The position numbers were made by a program, and so were the translations under genes. Under the pieces are notes generated by a model, which ran no database searches, was not told the origin of the DNA, and was given only the letters and a program-made list of their open reading frames with translations. A stretch of 64,000 nt of DNA from Solirubrobacterales bacterium (lineage in GTDB: Bacteria > Actinomycetota > Thermoleophilia > Solirubrobacterales > 70-9): NCBI GenBank assembly GCA_051986435.1, contig JBPYFM010000155.1, positions 1,548-65,547 on the forward strand. Direction: 5' to 3'. Below are positions 1 to 8,370 of this stretch, piece after piece. The stretch's first letter is position 1. Every line of letters begins with the position of its first letter.

Positions 1-371
1 CGGCACCGGGCGGCGACGGCTCGCTGGAGCCGACGCGCGCCTGGGCGCGCGAGCGGCTGGCCGAGCCGCTGACCGTCGAGGCGATGGCGCGCCACGCGAA
101 CGTCAGCCCGCGCACCTTCGCCCGCCGCTTCCGCGAGGAGACCGGGACCACCCCCCTGCAGTGGCTGCTGGCGCGGCGCGTGCTCGAGGCGCGGCGACTC
201 CTGGAGGAGTCCGACCTGCCGGTGGAGGAGGTCGCGACGACGGCGGGATTCGGCAACGCCGCCTCGCTGCGCGACCACTTCCGACGCGCCACCGCGACGA
301 CGCCGACCTCCTATCGTCGCACCTTCAAGGCGGTTGATCGCAAAGGCACACCTGATTCATACAAAGTCTAG
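1..371 (+). CDS. AraC/GlxA-family transcriptional regulator, C-terminal HTH part (5' end outside window)
   Basis: Frame 3 is open from nt 3. Translation ...LTVEAMARHANVSPRTFARRFREETGTTPLQWLLARRVLEARRLLEESDLPVEEVATTAGFGNAASLRDHFRR is the classic AraC dual helix-turn-helix signature. Confidence 0.8.
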   Translation, partial: APGGDGSLEPTRAWARERLAEPLTVEAMARHANVSPRTFARRFREETGTTPLQWLLARRVLEARRLLEESDLPVEEVATTAGFGNAASLRDHFRRATATTPTSYRRTFKAVDRKGTPDSYKV

Positions 372-467
372 TTGACTATTCGATGGGAAAACTGGGTAGC
401 GGGCGTGAAACTCCGTCTCGGACGAGCACTGCCGGCCTGATCGGCCGGGGGTGAGCGCCGAAAACGC

Positions 468-1079
468 ATGTTGCAGGCGTCCTACAGCCCGGTTGCAACC
501 GATGGGGGCAGTGCTCCCCATGTCACCCCCCGGTCTGGCCCGTCCTGGGACGCGCGGTTGCGAGGGCTGGTCATCGCCCTCGAGGCCCGCGTCCCAGGCG
601 CGGCCAGTCACGCCGAGCGGGTCGCGGCACAGAGCCGCCTCCTCGCCCGCCGGCTCGGCCTCAACGCGGGCGCCGTCCGTCGGATCGAGTCCGCGGCCCG
701 CGTCCACGACGTCGGCAAGATCATCGTCTCGCCCGAAATCATCCAGAAGCCGGGCCGCCTCGCCCGCTGTGAGCTCGCCGAGGTCCAGCGCCACGCCATC
801 TTCGGCGCCCGCCTCGTCGCCTGCCTCGACGACCCCGAGCTGACCGCGATCGTCCGCCACCACCACGAGCGCATCGACGGCAGCGGCTACCCCGACGGCC
901 TCCGCGGCGCCGAGATCCCCCTCGGCGCCCGCATCGTCGCCGTCGCCGACACCTTCGACGCCCTCACCTCCCCGCGCCCCTACCGCGAGACCTTCACCGC
1001 GGGCGCCGCGATCGAGGTCCTCGACGCCGAGGCCGGCCACACGCTCGATCCCGAAGTCGTCGCAGCGTTCGTCTCCTGA
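468..1079 (+). CDS. HD-GYP domain phosphohydrolase (putative c-di-GMP phosphodiesterase)
   Basis: Motifs HDVGKI ... HHERIDGSGYPDGL are diagnostic of HD-GYP. ATG start. Confidence 0.85.
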   Translation: MLQASYSPVATDGGSAPHVTPRSGPSWDARLRGLVIALEARVPGAASHAERVAAQSRLLARRLGLNAGAVRRIESAARVHDVGKIIVSPEIIQKPGRLARCELAEVQRHAIFGARLVACLDDPELTAIVRHHHERIDGSGYPDGLRGAEIPLGARIVAVADTFDALTSPRPYRETFTAGAAIEVLDAEAGHTLDPEVVAAFVS

Positions 1080-1106
1080 GGAACCTCCGCTACTCTGTCG
1101 GCTCCT

Positions 1107-2297
1107 TTGAGGCGCCTGCTCACCGCAGCCATCCTTCTGCTCGCCCTCGTGACGGGCGCCACGCTCCTCTCCCAGGGGTCGACCCCGCCCGCCGCGGCCG
1201 CTACCGCCCGCCTGCCGAAGGCGCCGAAGGGCTTCTTCGGGATCGTGCCGCAGACGCCGGTGACCGAAATGGACGCCAAGTACATGAAGGCCGGCGGCAT
1301 CGAAGCGATCCGCACGCCGCTGCTCTGGTCCGGCGTCCAGCCGACCAAGAAGGGCCCGTACAACTGGAGCGGCTTCGACCCGGTGGTGGAAGCGGCGGCC
1401 CAGCAAGGCCTCTCGGTCCTTCCCTTCATCGTCGCGACGCCGAACTGGGTGGCGAAGAAGTACACGACGCTGCCGATCGGGAGCGCCGCGCAGCGCAAGG
1501 CCTACGTGGCCTTCCTGAAGGCGGCGGTCAAACGCTACGGGCCGGGCGGCGAATTCTGGGTCGAACACTCGCCCAAGAAGATCCACGAAGAAAAGGTCAA
1601 AGAGGAAACGGGCCCGGTCTACGAACTCGAAGGCGCCCACAAGACCGTGATCACGAAGCCGATGCCGATCAAGACCTGGCAGGTCTGGAACGAGGCCAAC
1701 TTCTTCTACTTCGCCTATCCGGTCAACCCGATCGCCTACGCCAAGCTCCTGAAACTCTCGACGCCGGCGATCAAAAGCGCCGAGCCGGGCGCCAAGGTCA
1801 TCCTCACGGGGCTCTTCGGCCGCCCCAACGCGCGCGGGGTCCGGGGGATGGCGGCGGCCGAATTCCTGAAACGCCTCTACGCGGTGCCCGGGATCAAGAA
1901 GTACTTCGACGGGGTCGCGTTGCATCCGTACGCGATCAACTCCGGCCAGCTCGAAGAAATCGTCGAAGAACTGTACGAAGTCACGGTCGAAAACCACGAT
2001 CGCGTGCCGCTCTACATCACCGAGATGGGCTGGGGCTCGCAGAACGATTACCAGGTCAACGCCTTCGAGCACGGCGTCCGCGGCCAGGTCGAAGAACTGC
2101 AGAAGGCCTACCGCTACCTGCTGACGAACCGTGTCAAGCTCGACCTGAAACAGGTCTACTGGTTCTCCTGGAAAGACCTGCCCGAATCGTGCACCTTCTG
2201 CGACTCGGTCGGCCTCTTCCACTACGGGCCGAAGTTCAGGCCGAAGCCCGCCTGGCGCGCCTTCGTGCAGATCACCGGCGGCAGGCCGCGCCCGTAG
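1107..2297 (+). CDS. Secreted clan GH-A (TIM-barrel) glycoside-hydrolase-like protein, paralog 1 of 3
   Basis: TTG start followed by a signal peptide (MRRLLTAAILLLALVTGATLL). WQVWNEANFFYF is an acid/base NE-type motif and ITEMGWGS a nucleophile-type motif. Paralogous to the CDSs at 33681 and 57633. Confidence 0.7.
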   Translation: MRRLLTAAILLLALVTGATLLSQGSTPPAAAATARLPKAPKGFFGIVPQTPVTEMDAKYMKAGGIEAIRTPLLWSGVQPTKKGPYNWSGFDPVVEAAAQQGLSVLPFIVATPNWVAKKYTTLPIGSAAQRKAYVAFLKAAVKRYGPGGEFWVEHSPKKIHEEKVKEETGPVYELEGAHKTVITKPMPIKTWQVWNEANFFYFAYPVNPIAYAKLLKLSTPAIKSAEPGAKVILTGLFGRPNARGVRGMAAAEFLKRLYAVPGIKKYFDGVALHPYAINSGQLEEIVEELYEVTVENHDRVPLYITEMGWGSQNDYQVNAFEHGVRGQVEELQKAYRYLLTNRVKLDLKQVYWFSWKDLPESCTFCDSVGLFHYGPKFRPKPAWRAFVQITGGRPRP

Positions 2298-2306
2298 GGC
2301 CGGCGG

Positions 2307-2879
2307 CTAGCCGACGTCCCAGCTCCGCATCGTCACGCGCGGCTCGTCGACGCCCGCGGCGCGAGCGTCGATCGCGACCGCCGCGGCGTATCCGGCGTCG
2401 ATCTCGAGCTCCCAGGCGACCACCTCGGGCCCCGGCTCCCCTCCGAAGAGGCCGGCGCCGGTGCACTTGACCCGGGCCTCGTGGCGCGTCCAGGCCCGGT
2501 AGAAGGCGGGTTCGCGCTCGCCACCGCCCGCGGCGGCCACGGCCGCCGCGTCGGCAGGGGGCAGCCAGCGTTCTGCGAGCCGCACGAGGTTGCGGCGCGG
2601 GCGAAGCCGCTCGACGTCGACCCCGACCTCGACCCCGCCGGGGGTGATCGCCACCAGCGCCAAGTCCCCGGAGTGGGAGAGATTGAAGGAGAGCCGCTCC
2701 GTCGCCGCCGCGAGACGCGGCTTGCCGTCGGCGCCGACCCTCAGCTCGGCAGTGCCCACGTAGTCGGCCAGAATCGCGCCCAGCGCCCGCCGCGCGGCGC
2801 CCCGGCGATCGTCCCCGTCGAGCGCAACGCGCCAGATGTGGAGCTCGCCCGCCCCCGGTGGTTTGCGCCCGCTGCTCAT
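2307..2879 (-). CDS. 4'-phosphopantetheinyl transferase (Sfp type)
   Basis: FNLSHSGDLALVAIT, VGVDVE and WTRHEARVKCTGAG motifs. I prefer the ATG at 2879 over the TTG at 2906, which leaves only 22 nt to the divergent gene. Confidence 0.75.
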   Translation of the reverse strand: MSSGRKPPGAGELHIWRVALDGDDRRGAARRALGAILADYVGTAELRVGADGKPRLAAATERLSFNLSHSGDLALVAITPGGVEVGVDVERLRPRRNLVRLAERWLPPADAAAVAAAGGGEREPAFYRAWTRHEARVKCTGAGLFGGEPGPEVVAWELEIDAGYAAAVAIDARAAGVDEPRVTMRSWDVG

Positions 2880-2928
2880 CTCTAAGGGACCGTTAGGTCG
2901 CACCAAGTATCCAACGACCGTGAATAAG

Positions 2929-3702
2929 ATGCATGCGATGGAGTCATCCGCGGTGGCAGGGCCCGCCTGGCTGGTCCTGCCGACCTACAACGAGGCGGCC
3001 AACATCGCCGCCATCGTCGAGGCGGCGCGCGCCAACCTTCCCCTTGACGCGCGCATCCTGATCGTCGACGACAACTCACCGGACGGGACCGGCCAGATCG
3101 CCGATCGCCTCGCGGCTGCCGACCAGGGCGTGGAGGTCATGCACCGCGCCGGCAAGGAAGGCCTCGGTCCCGCCTACATCGCGGGTTTCCACCGCGCCAT
3201 CGACGGAGGCGCCGGGTTCGTCCTGCAGATGGACTCCGACTTCTCACACGATCCTGCGGACCTGCCCCGGCTGCTGCGGGCGGCCCAGGACGGCGCGGAC
3301 CTTGTAATCGGCTCCCGCTATGTCGCCGGAGGCGGGGTCACCGACTGGAGCCCGCTGCGCCGCGTGGTCAGTCGCGGCGGCAGTCTCTACGCGAGCCTCG
3401 TCCTGGGCGTCCGCCAGCGCGACCTCACGGGCGGCTTCAAGTGCTTCCGGCGCCGTGTGCTGGAGACGATCGACCTCGACGCGGTCGCCGCCAAGGGCTA
3501 CGTCTTCCAGGTCGAGACGACCTATCGGACGCTGAAGGCGGGATTTACGGTGCGCGAGGTGCCGATTCTCTTCCGCGACCGCCAGGTGGGCGAGTCGAAG
3601 ATGTCCGCAGCGATCGCCGCCGAGGCCACCTGGCAGGTGCCGTTGCTGCGGCGGCGCGTGCGCGACGGGGACCCGCGGACGACCGGCCGGCCGCGGCCAT
3701 GA
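2929..3702 (+). CDS. Polyprenol-phosphate sugar synthase, Ppm1/DPM1-like GT2 (mannose specificity not provable)
   Basis: LVLPTYNEAANI..ILIVDDNSPDGTGQIA..QMDSDFSHDP..GGFKCFRR..FRDRQVGESKMS. ATG at 2929, downstream of the divergent PPTase start. Confidence 0.85.
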   Translation: MHAMESSAVAGPAWLVLPTYNEAANIAAIVEAARANLPLDARILIVDDNSPDGTGQIADRLAAADQGVEVMHRAGKEGLGPAYIAGFHRAIDGGAGFVLQMDSDFSHDPADLPRLLRAAQDGADLVIGSRYVAGGGVTDWSPLRRVVSRGGSLYASLVLGVRQRDLTGGFKCFRRRVLETIDLDAVAAKGYVFQVETTYRTLKAGFTVREVPILFRDRQVGESKMSAAIAAEATWQVPLLRRRVRDGDPRTTGRPRP

Positions 3703-5642
3703 ACGGGGTGAACCTGGAAGGCCTCGCCGCGCGCGCGGCGACGATCGTCGCCGACCGGCGCGTGCGCCTCGGCCTCGCCCTGGTCGGCTTCGGCCTCGTC
3801 ACCGCGATCACCGCGCTGATCGCCCACCCGAAGATGTTCTTCGGCTTCCACGAATACGACGACGAGGGCTACATGCTCACCGCGCTCAAGTCCTTCGTGA
3901 ACCACGGCCACCTCTACGACCAGGTCTTCACCCAGTACGGCCCCTTCTACTACGAGCTCTGGGGTGGCATCTTCTCGATCTTCGGCATCCCGGTCACCCA
4001 CGACGCGGGCCGCAATGCCGTGACCGTGGTCTGGGTCCTTTCGAGCCTCCTCTTCGGGCTCGGCATCCTGAAGATCACCCGCAGCATCGTCCTCGGGCTC
4101 GGCACCCAGATCCTCACCTTCGCGGCGCTCGAAGTGCTGACCAACGAGCCGATGCACCCGGTCAGCCTCATCGCCCTCTTGCTGGCGACGATCGTCGCGA
4201 TCTCGGCGTTCGTCAGCGAGCGCGAATCGCCCTACGCGATGGCCCTGCTCGGCGCCGCGGTGGCGGCGCTGGTGCTGACCAAGATCAACGTCGGCGCCTT
4301 TGCGCTGATCTCGGTCGCGCTCGCGTGCGTGGTCAGCTACCAGGCGCTCTGGAGTCGGCGATGGCCGCGGATCGTGGTGGAGCTGCTGTTCCTCGCGGTG
4401 CCGATCGGATTGATGCTCGGCAAGTTCGGCGAAGGCTGGGCGCGCCACTACGCGTTGCACGTGTTCGCCGCCGCGCTGGCGGTGGTGATCGCGCTACGAG
4501 CCAACAAGCCGGCCCGGCGACCGGGCGGGGAGCTGCGTTGGCTGATCGGCGGCTTCCTCGTCCTCGCCATCGTCTCCTGCGTCGCGATCCTCGGCGCCGG
4601 GACCAGCGTGCATGGGCTGATCGACGGCGTGATTCGCCAGCCGCTGCGCCAGTCGGACGCCTTCACGATCCCGCTCCAACTCTCTCGCCGGCTCTACGCG
4701 ATGGACGTCATCGGGGTTGCCGCCGCGCTGGCGTACTTGTACGCGGCGCGCCGCCGCGGCACCGCCGCGCCGACCCCAGCCTGGCTCGCCGCCTGGTCGC
4801 TCTTCTCGATCGCGGTGGGCTTCACGATGGCCTTCTCGGTCACCGGTCAGATGCTGCCCTTCAACAGCAACGCCCTCTCCGGCTACCAGTTCACGCTGCT
4901 GCCCTTCGTCTGGGTCGCCCTGTTGGTCACCGCGCCGGAGGAGACGCCGCGGGCATCCTTCGCCCGTCTGCTACTGCCGCTGCTGGCCGTGCTGCAGGCG
5001 CTGCACGCGTTCCCGGTGGCGGGCAGCCAGACCCTGCTCGCCGTTGTGCTGATGATCCCGGTCGGGGCGCTCTGCGTCGCCAACGGGGTGCTCGGCCTGC
5101 GGCGCATCGTCGCCGCGCCCGACAGCCTGGCGCTCGGCGGCCTCGCCGTTCTCCTGGTCCTCGTCTTCGGCTGGTTCACCGTCAACGTGTACCTGCGCGA
5201 ACCTCTGAAGGCGGCGCGCGGCACCTATCACTCGAGCGCGCCGAACGCGCTGAACCTGCCGGGGTCCCACGACATCCACCTCGGCAGCGTCGAAGAAGCG
5301 GAAAAGTACGAAGACATCGCCGACACGATGCGCAAGGAATGCCGGGCGACGCAGATGGAGCCAGGGATGGACAGCTTCTACCTCTGGGCCGAACAGGAAC
5401 CGCCGTCGCTGACCGCGACCGGTTGGGAGACGCTGTTCGACGACGAAGCCCAGGAACAGGTGATCGAAGACATCGCGCCGATCGAAGGCCTTTGCCTCCT
5501 GCGCAACAAAGAACGCGCCGCGGGTTGGGGGCTGGGTGAAGGTCCCCTGGTCAAATACCTCGAACATGGCTTTACCTTGATTGGCAAGTGGGGCGAATAC
5601 GAACTGTTGCGCCGCGAAGGGCCGGCGAAGCCCGCGTCGTGA
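3699..5642 (+). CDS. Polytopic membrane protein, probable GT-C-type glycosyltransferase
   Basis: ATG overlaps the upstream stop (ATGA). There are more than 10 hydrophobic segments, an acidic first loop (FHEYDDEGYML) and a soluble C-terminal domain of about 130 aa. The upstream part of ORF 3441.. is an Arg-rich artefact. Confidence 0.65.
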   Translation: MNGVNLEGLAARAATIVADRRVRLGLALVGFGLVTAITALIAHPKMFFGFHEYDDEGYMLTALKSFVNHGHLYDQVFTQYGPFYYELWGGIFSIFGIPVTHDAGRNAVTVVWVLSSLLFGLGILKITRSIVLGLGTQILTFAALEVLTNEPMHPVSLIALLLATIVAISAFVSERESPYAMALLGAAVAALVLTKINVGAFALISVALACVVSYQALWSRRWPRIVVELLFLAVPIGLMLGKFGEGWARHYALHVFAAALAVVIALRANKPARRPGGELRWLIGGFLVLAIVSCVAILGAGTSVHGLIDGVIRQPLRQSDAFTIPLQLSRRLYAMDVIGVAAALAYLYAARRRGTAAPTPAWLAAWSLFSIAVGFTMAFSVTGQMLPFNSNALSGYQFTLLPFVWVALLVTAPEETPRASFARLLLPLLAVLQALHAFPVAGSQTLLAVVLMIPVGALCVANGVLGLRRIVAAPDSLALGGLAVLLVLVFGWFTVNVYLREPLKAARGTYHSSAPNALNLPGSHDIHLGSVEEAEKYEDIADTMRKECRATQMEPGMDSFYLWAEQEPPSLTATGWETLFDDEAQEQVIEDIAPIEGLCLLRNKERAAGWGLGEGPLVKYLEHGFTLIGKWGEYELLRREGPAKPAS

Positions 5643-6601
5643 CCACCTGGGTCATCACCCCGGTCTATTGGGACACGGCCTCGTTCCGGGTCCTGCGCGA
5701 GCGCCTGCTCGAGGTGCTCGCGGCGGAGTCCTCGAGCCGCGGACCGGTCCGTTTCGTCGCCATCGACGACACCGCCGGCCAGGATCCCGAGGTGCCGGGC
5801 CTCGAGCAACTCGGCGACGTCATCGTCCTGCAGCCACCCTTCAACCTCGGCCACCAGCGCGGCATCGTCTACGCCCTGCGCAAGATGCTGCCGCGCTTCG
5901 CCGACGACGACGCGGTGGTGACGATGGACGCCGACGGTGAGGACCGGCCGGAGGACCTGCCGCGCCTCCTCGCCGCCCTCGACGAAGGCGAGGCGCCCCA
6001 GCGCCACGTAGTCCTCGCCCTGCGCACCAAACGCCACGAGCCTCCCGCCTTCAAGGTCCTCTACCGCGGCTTCAAACTGCTCTTCCGCACGCTCACCGGG
6101 GCGACGGTCCGCACCGGCAACTACGCCGTCATGCCCGGTGGCCTCGCCAAGCGCGCCCTGCTCCACCCGACCTTCGACCTCGCCTACTCCTCCGCCATCC
6201 TGGCCCTGGACATGCCGGTCGCCTACGTCCCCTGCGAACGCGGTCGCCGCTACGAGGGCGAGTCGAAAATGACCTACGGCAAGCTCGCCATGCACGGCCT
6301 CCGCATGCTGATGCCGTTCACCGACCGCATCGCGATCCGCGCTCTTGCCGCCTTCGTCGTCTTCGGCCTGCTCGGCATCCTCCTCGCCGCCGTCGTGGTC
6401 TTCCTCAAGTACTTCACCAACTCCTCGATCCCCGGCTGGACCAGCTACGTCGTCCTCGGCGCCCTGATCGTCTCCCTCGTCGCCCTCGGCAACTTCGTCA
6501 GCCTCTTCGTCCTCTTCTCGCAGACGCGCGCGGTGTCGTTGGCGTCGATCGAGGAGCTCACCGAGGACGTGGAGTTGGATGACGGGGGGGAGAGCGCCTG
6601 A
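5639..6601 (+). CDS. GtrB/DPM1-like GT2, polyprenyl-phosphate sugar synthase with C-terminal TM hairpin
   Basis: GTG overlaps the upstream stop (GTGA). FVAIDDTAGQD, TMDADGEDRPEDLPRLL and GESKMTYGKLAMHGLRML, followed by two TM helices. Confidence 0.75.
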   Translation: MTTWVITPVYWDTASFRVLRERLLEVLAAESSSRGPVRFVAIDDTAGQDPEVPGLEQLGDVIVLQPPFNLGHQRGIVYALRKMLPRFADDDAVVTMDADGEDRPEDLPRLLAALDEGEAPQRHVVLALRTKRHEPPAFKVLYRGFKLLFRTLTGATVRTGNYAVMPGGLAKRALLHPTFDLAYSSAILALDMPVAYVPCERGRRYEGESKMTYGKLAMHGLRMLMPFTDRIAIRALAAFVVFGLLGILLAAVVVFLKYFTNSSIPGWTSYVVLGALIVSLVALGNFVSLFVLFSQTRAVSLASIEELTEDVELDDGGESA

Positions 6602-8370
6602 TGTTCAAGGAAACGGGCGAGCTGCTCGCCGGGTTCGTCGCCCACGGCATCCTGATCGGCCTGCCGGGGATCGCCGCGGTGCTCCTGGTGATGCGACGGG
6701 GGCTCAAATCGGTCCCGCTCCTGATCGGTGTGGGCCTGGTGGCTTCGGGGGGCCTTTCCTACGTCGCCTTCTGGGCTTACTACGGCAGCGAGTCCATCGG
6801 CACCACCTATGACTTCCTGGTCTTTGGCGCCTCGCTTCTGGCGATCGGCTTCTGCTGGCGCGAGGGTGGCCTGGACAAGGACATCCTGCGGGCGCTGCGC
6901 ACGCCGCTCCTCCTCTGGATCTTCGGCAGCGCCTTCGTCCTCTTCTTCGGCTTCCTTCACGGGGGCAACCACAACGCGATCACGTTCGCGGCGTACCGCT
7001 TCTCGGGCGAGCTCCCCTCGGACAATGACATCCCGCGCTATTTCACCGAATGGTTCGCGACCCACGGTCATCAGCATCCGCCCGAATACCCGGGCGAATG
7101 GCTGGTCAGCGATCGGCCGCCGCTCCAGATCGGCTACACGCTCGCCCAGCGTGGATTCTTCAACACCGCCCAAGGGCTCCACTACCAGATCCTCTGTGTG
7201 ATCGAGAACGCTCTCTGGATCCCGGCGATGTGGGCGGTCTTGGTCGCCGTCCCGCTGCGGAGGGTGACGCGGAGCCTCGCGATGCTCGTGGCGATGATCT
7301 CCGACATCGCGCTCGTGCATGGCTTCTTCGTCTGGCCGAAGCTGATCGCAGCGGCCTTTCTGCTCGCTGCGTTGGCGGTGATCCTCTCGCCTGAGTGGCG
7401 AAACAGCCGCCGTGATCTCCGGGTCGCCGCGTTGATCGGAGGTCTGCTCGCCCTCTCGATGCTTTCCCACGGGTCGAGCGTCTTCGGCGTCATCCCGCTG
7501 ATCATCTTCGCCGCGTTTCGGGGGATCCCGAACTGGCGCTGGCTCGCTGCCGCGGTGGCCGCCTTGCTCGTCTTCTACGTGCCTTGGAGCGCCTACCAGA
7601 AATACGCCGATCCACCCGGCAACCGTCTGCTCAAGTACCAGCTTGGCGGGGAGACGGAAGTCAACTCCGAAGGCACCCTGGAAGCGATCGAGAACGGCTA
7701 TTCGGAGGTCGGCCTCAGCGGGGCGATCGACCTGAAGGAGGAAAACTTCGAGGAAATGGTCGGCTGGCCGCGGACCAAGAACGAATGGAACGCGGCGATC
7801 ACGGCACTCGACGAAGGGAAACCAGGGATCGCCGTCGCGAAGCTTCGCTGGGACCGATTCTTCTGCCTCTTCCCGTTCCTTGGGTTCCTCCTGCTGGGGC
7901 CGATCGGGATGATCGTCGCCTGGCTCGTGAAGAAGAAAAGCGACCCCGGTGGCTGGCGCGAGCCGGACGAGTGGCGCTTTGCGCTCCTGTGCTTCGCCTT
8001 CTTCGCCATCGCCTGCGTCTCGTGGGGCCTGCTCCTCTTCGGTACCCCCGAGGCGCGGACGACGATCCACGTCGGCAGCCTCGCCGTCCCGTTGCTGGGC
8101 GCGGTCGGCTGCGTGGTCGGCCTGCGTTCGGTCTACAGGCGGCTGGGCGCGGTTCTGGCGATCTTCAACGTGCTCTTCGTGCTCGCGCTCTACGCGCCCT
8201 CCTTCGAACCACCTGAACCTGGCACCAGCTACTCGGTGCTGAACGGGCTGCTGACGCTGATCAGCCTCGGAGGGATCGCCTGGGTGCTGTTCCGCGGGCC
8301 GGTCCTGCCGCAACGACGTGCGGCGATGCCGGTCCGGCGGCACGACCCTGCCGTGCCCGCGCGCGGATGA
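6601..8370 (+). CDS. Polytopic membrane protein, GT-C-like (paralog of 17084..18988)
   Basis: TGATG overlap with the upstream gene. SDRPPLQIGY resembles the DKPPL-type loop of PMT_2/ArnT-like enzymes. FVWPKLIAAAFLLAALA matches FTWPKLLAAAFVLIGFL in the 17084 protein. Confidence 0.65.
   Translation: MFKETGELLAGFVAHGILIGLPGIAAVLLVMRRGLKSVPLLIGVGLVASGGLSYVAFWAYYGSESIGTTYDFLVFGASLLAIGFCWREGGLDKDILRALRTPLLLWIFGSAFVLFFGFLHGGNHNAITFAAYRFSGELPSDNDIPRYFTEWFATHGHQHPPEYPGEWLVSDRPPLQIGYTLAQRGFFNTAQGLHYQILCVIENALWIPAMWAVLVAVPLRRVTRSLAMLVAMISDIALVHGFFVWPKLIAAAFLLAALAVILSPEWRNSRRDLRVAALIGGLLALSMLSHGSSVFGVIPLIIFAAFRGIPNWRWLAAAVAALLVFYVPWSAYQKYADPPGNRLLKYQLGGETEVNSEGTLEAIENGYSEVGLSGAIDLKEENFEEMVGWPRTKNEWNAAITALDEGKPGIAVAKLRWDRFFCLFPFLGFLLLGPIGMIVAWLVKKKSDPGGWREPDEWRFALLCFAFFAIACVSWGLLLFGTPEARTTIHVGSLAVPLLGAVGCVVGLRSVYRRLGAVLAIFNVLFVLALYAPSFEPPEPGTSYSVLNGLLTLISLGGIAWVLFRGPVLPQRRAAMPVRRHDPAVPARG

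Noticed and set aside
433-449. Small hairpin CCGGCCtgatcGGCCGG after the AraC-family gene as a possible terminator
   Set aside because: The stem is only 6 bp with no U-tract, in GC-rich DNA where such stems occur by chance. It does not resemble the 49-nt repeat family.
357-2222. 621-aa minus-strand ORF spanning the HD-GYP and first hydrolase-like genes
   Set aside because: It is antisense to two plus-strand CDSs with clear family motifs. The translation is Arg/Gly/Asp/Pro-rich low-complexity sequence with no recognisable motif. This is a typical shadow ORF in GC-rich DNA.
3441-3698. N-terminal extensions of the longest ORFs (also 5588-5638, 9650-9799, 10764-10895, 11078-11965, 31467-31901, 35110-35214, 35850-36092, 36797-37075)
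   Set aside because: The extensions overlap the preceding gene in another frame and translate to Arg/Pro-rich sequence. Each ends at an internal ATG or GTG that overlaps or abuts the upstream stop (ATGA/GTGA) or follows an RBS. I used the shorter starts.
6445-8343. 632-aa minus-strand ORF opposite the membrane protein gene 6601..8370
   Set aside because: The translation is highly charged Arg/Asp/Glu/Pro-rich with no domains. The plus-strand frame encodes a coherent polytopic membrane protein that is translationally coupled to its neighbours.
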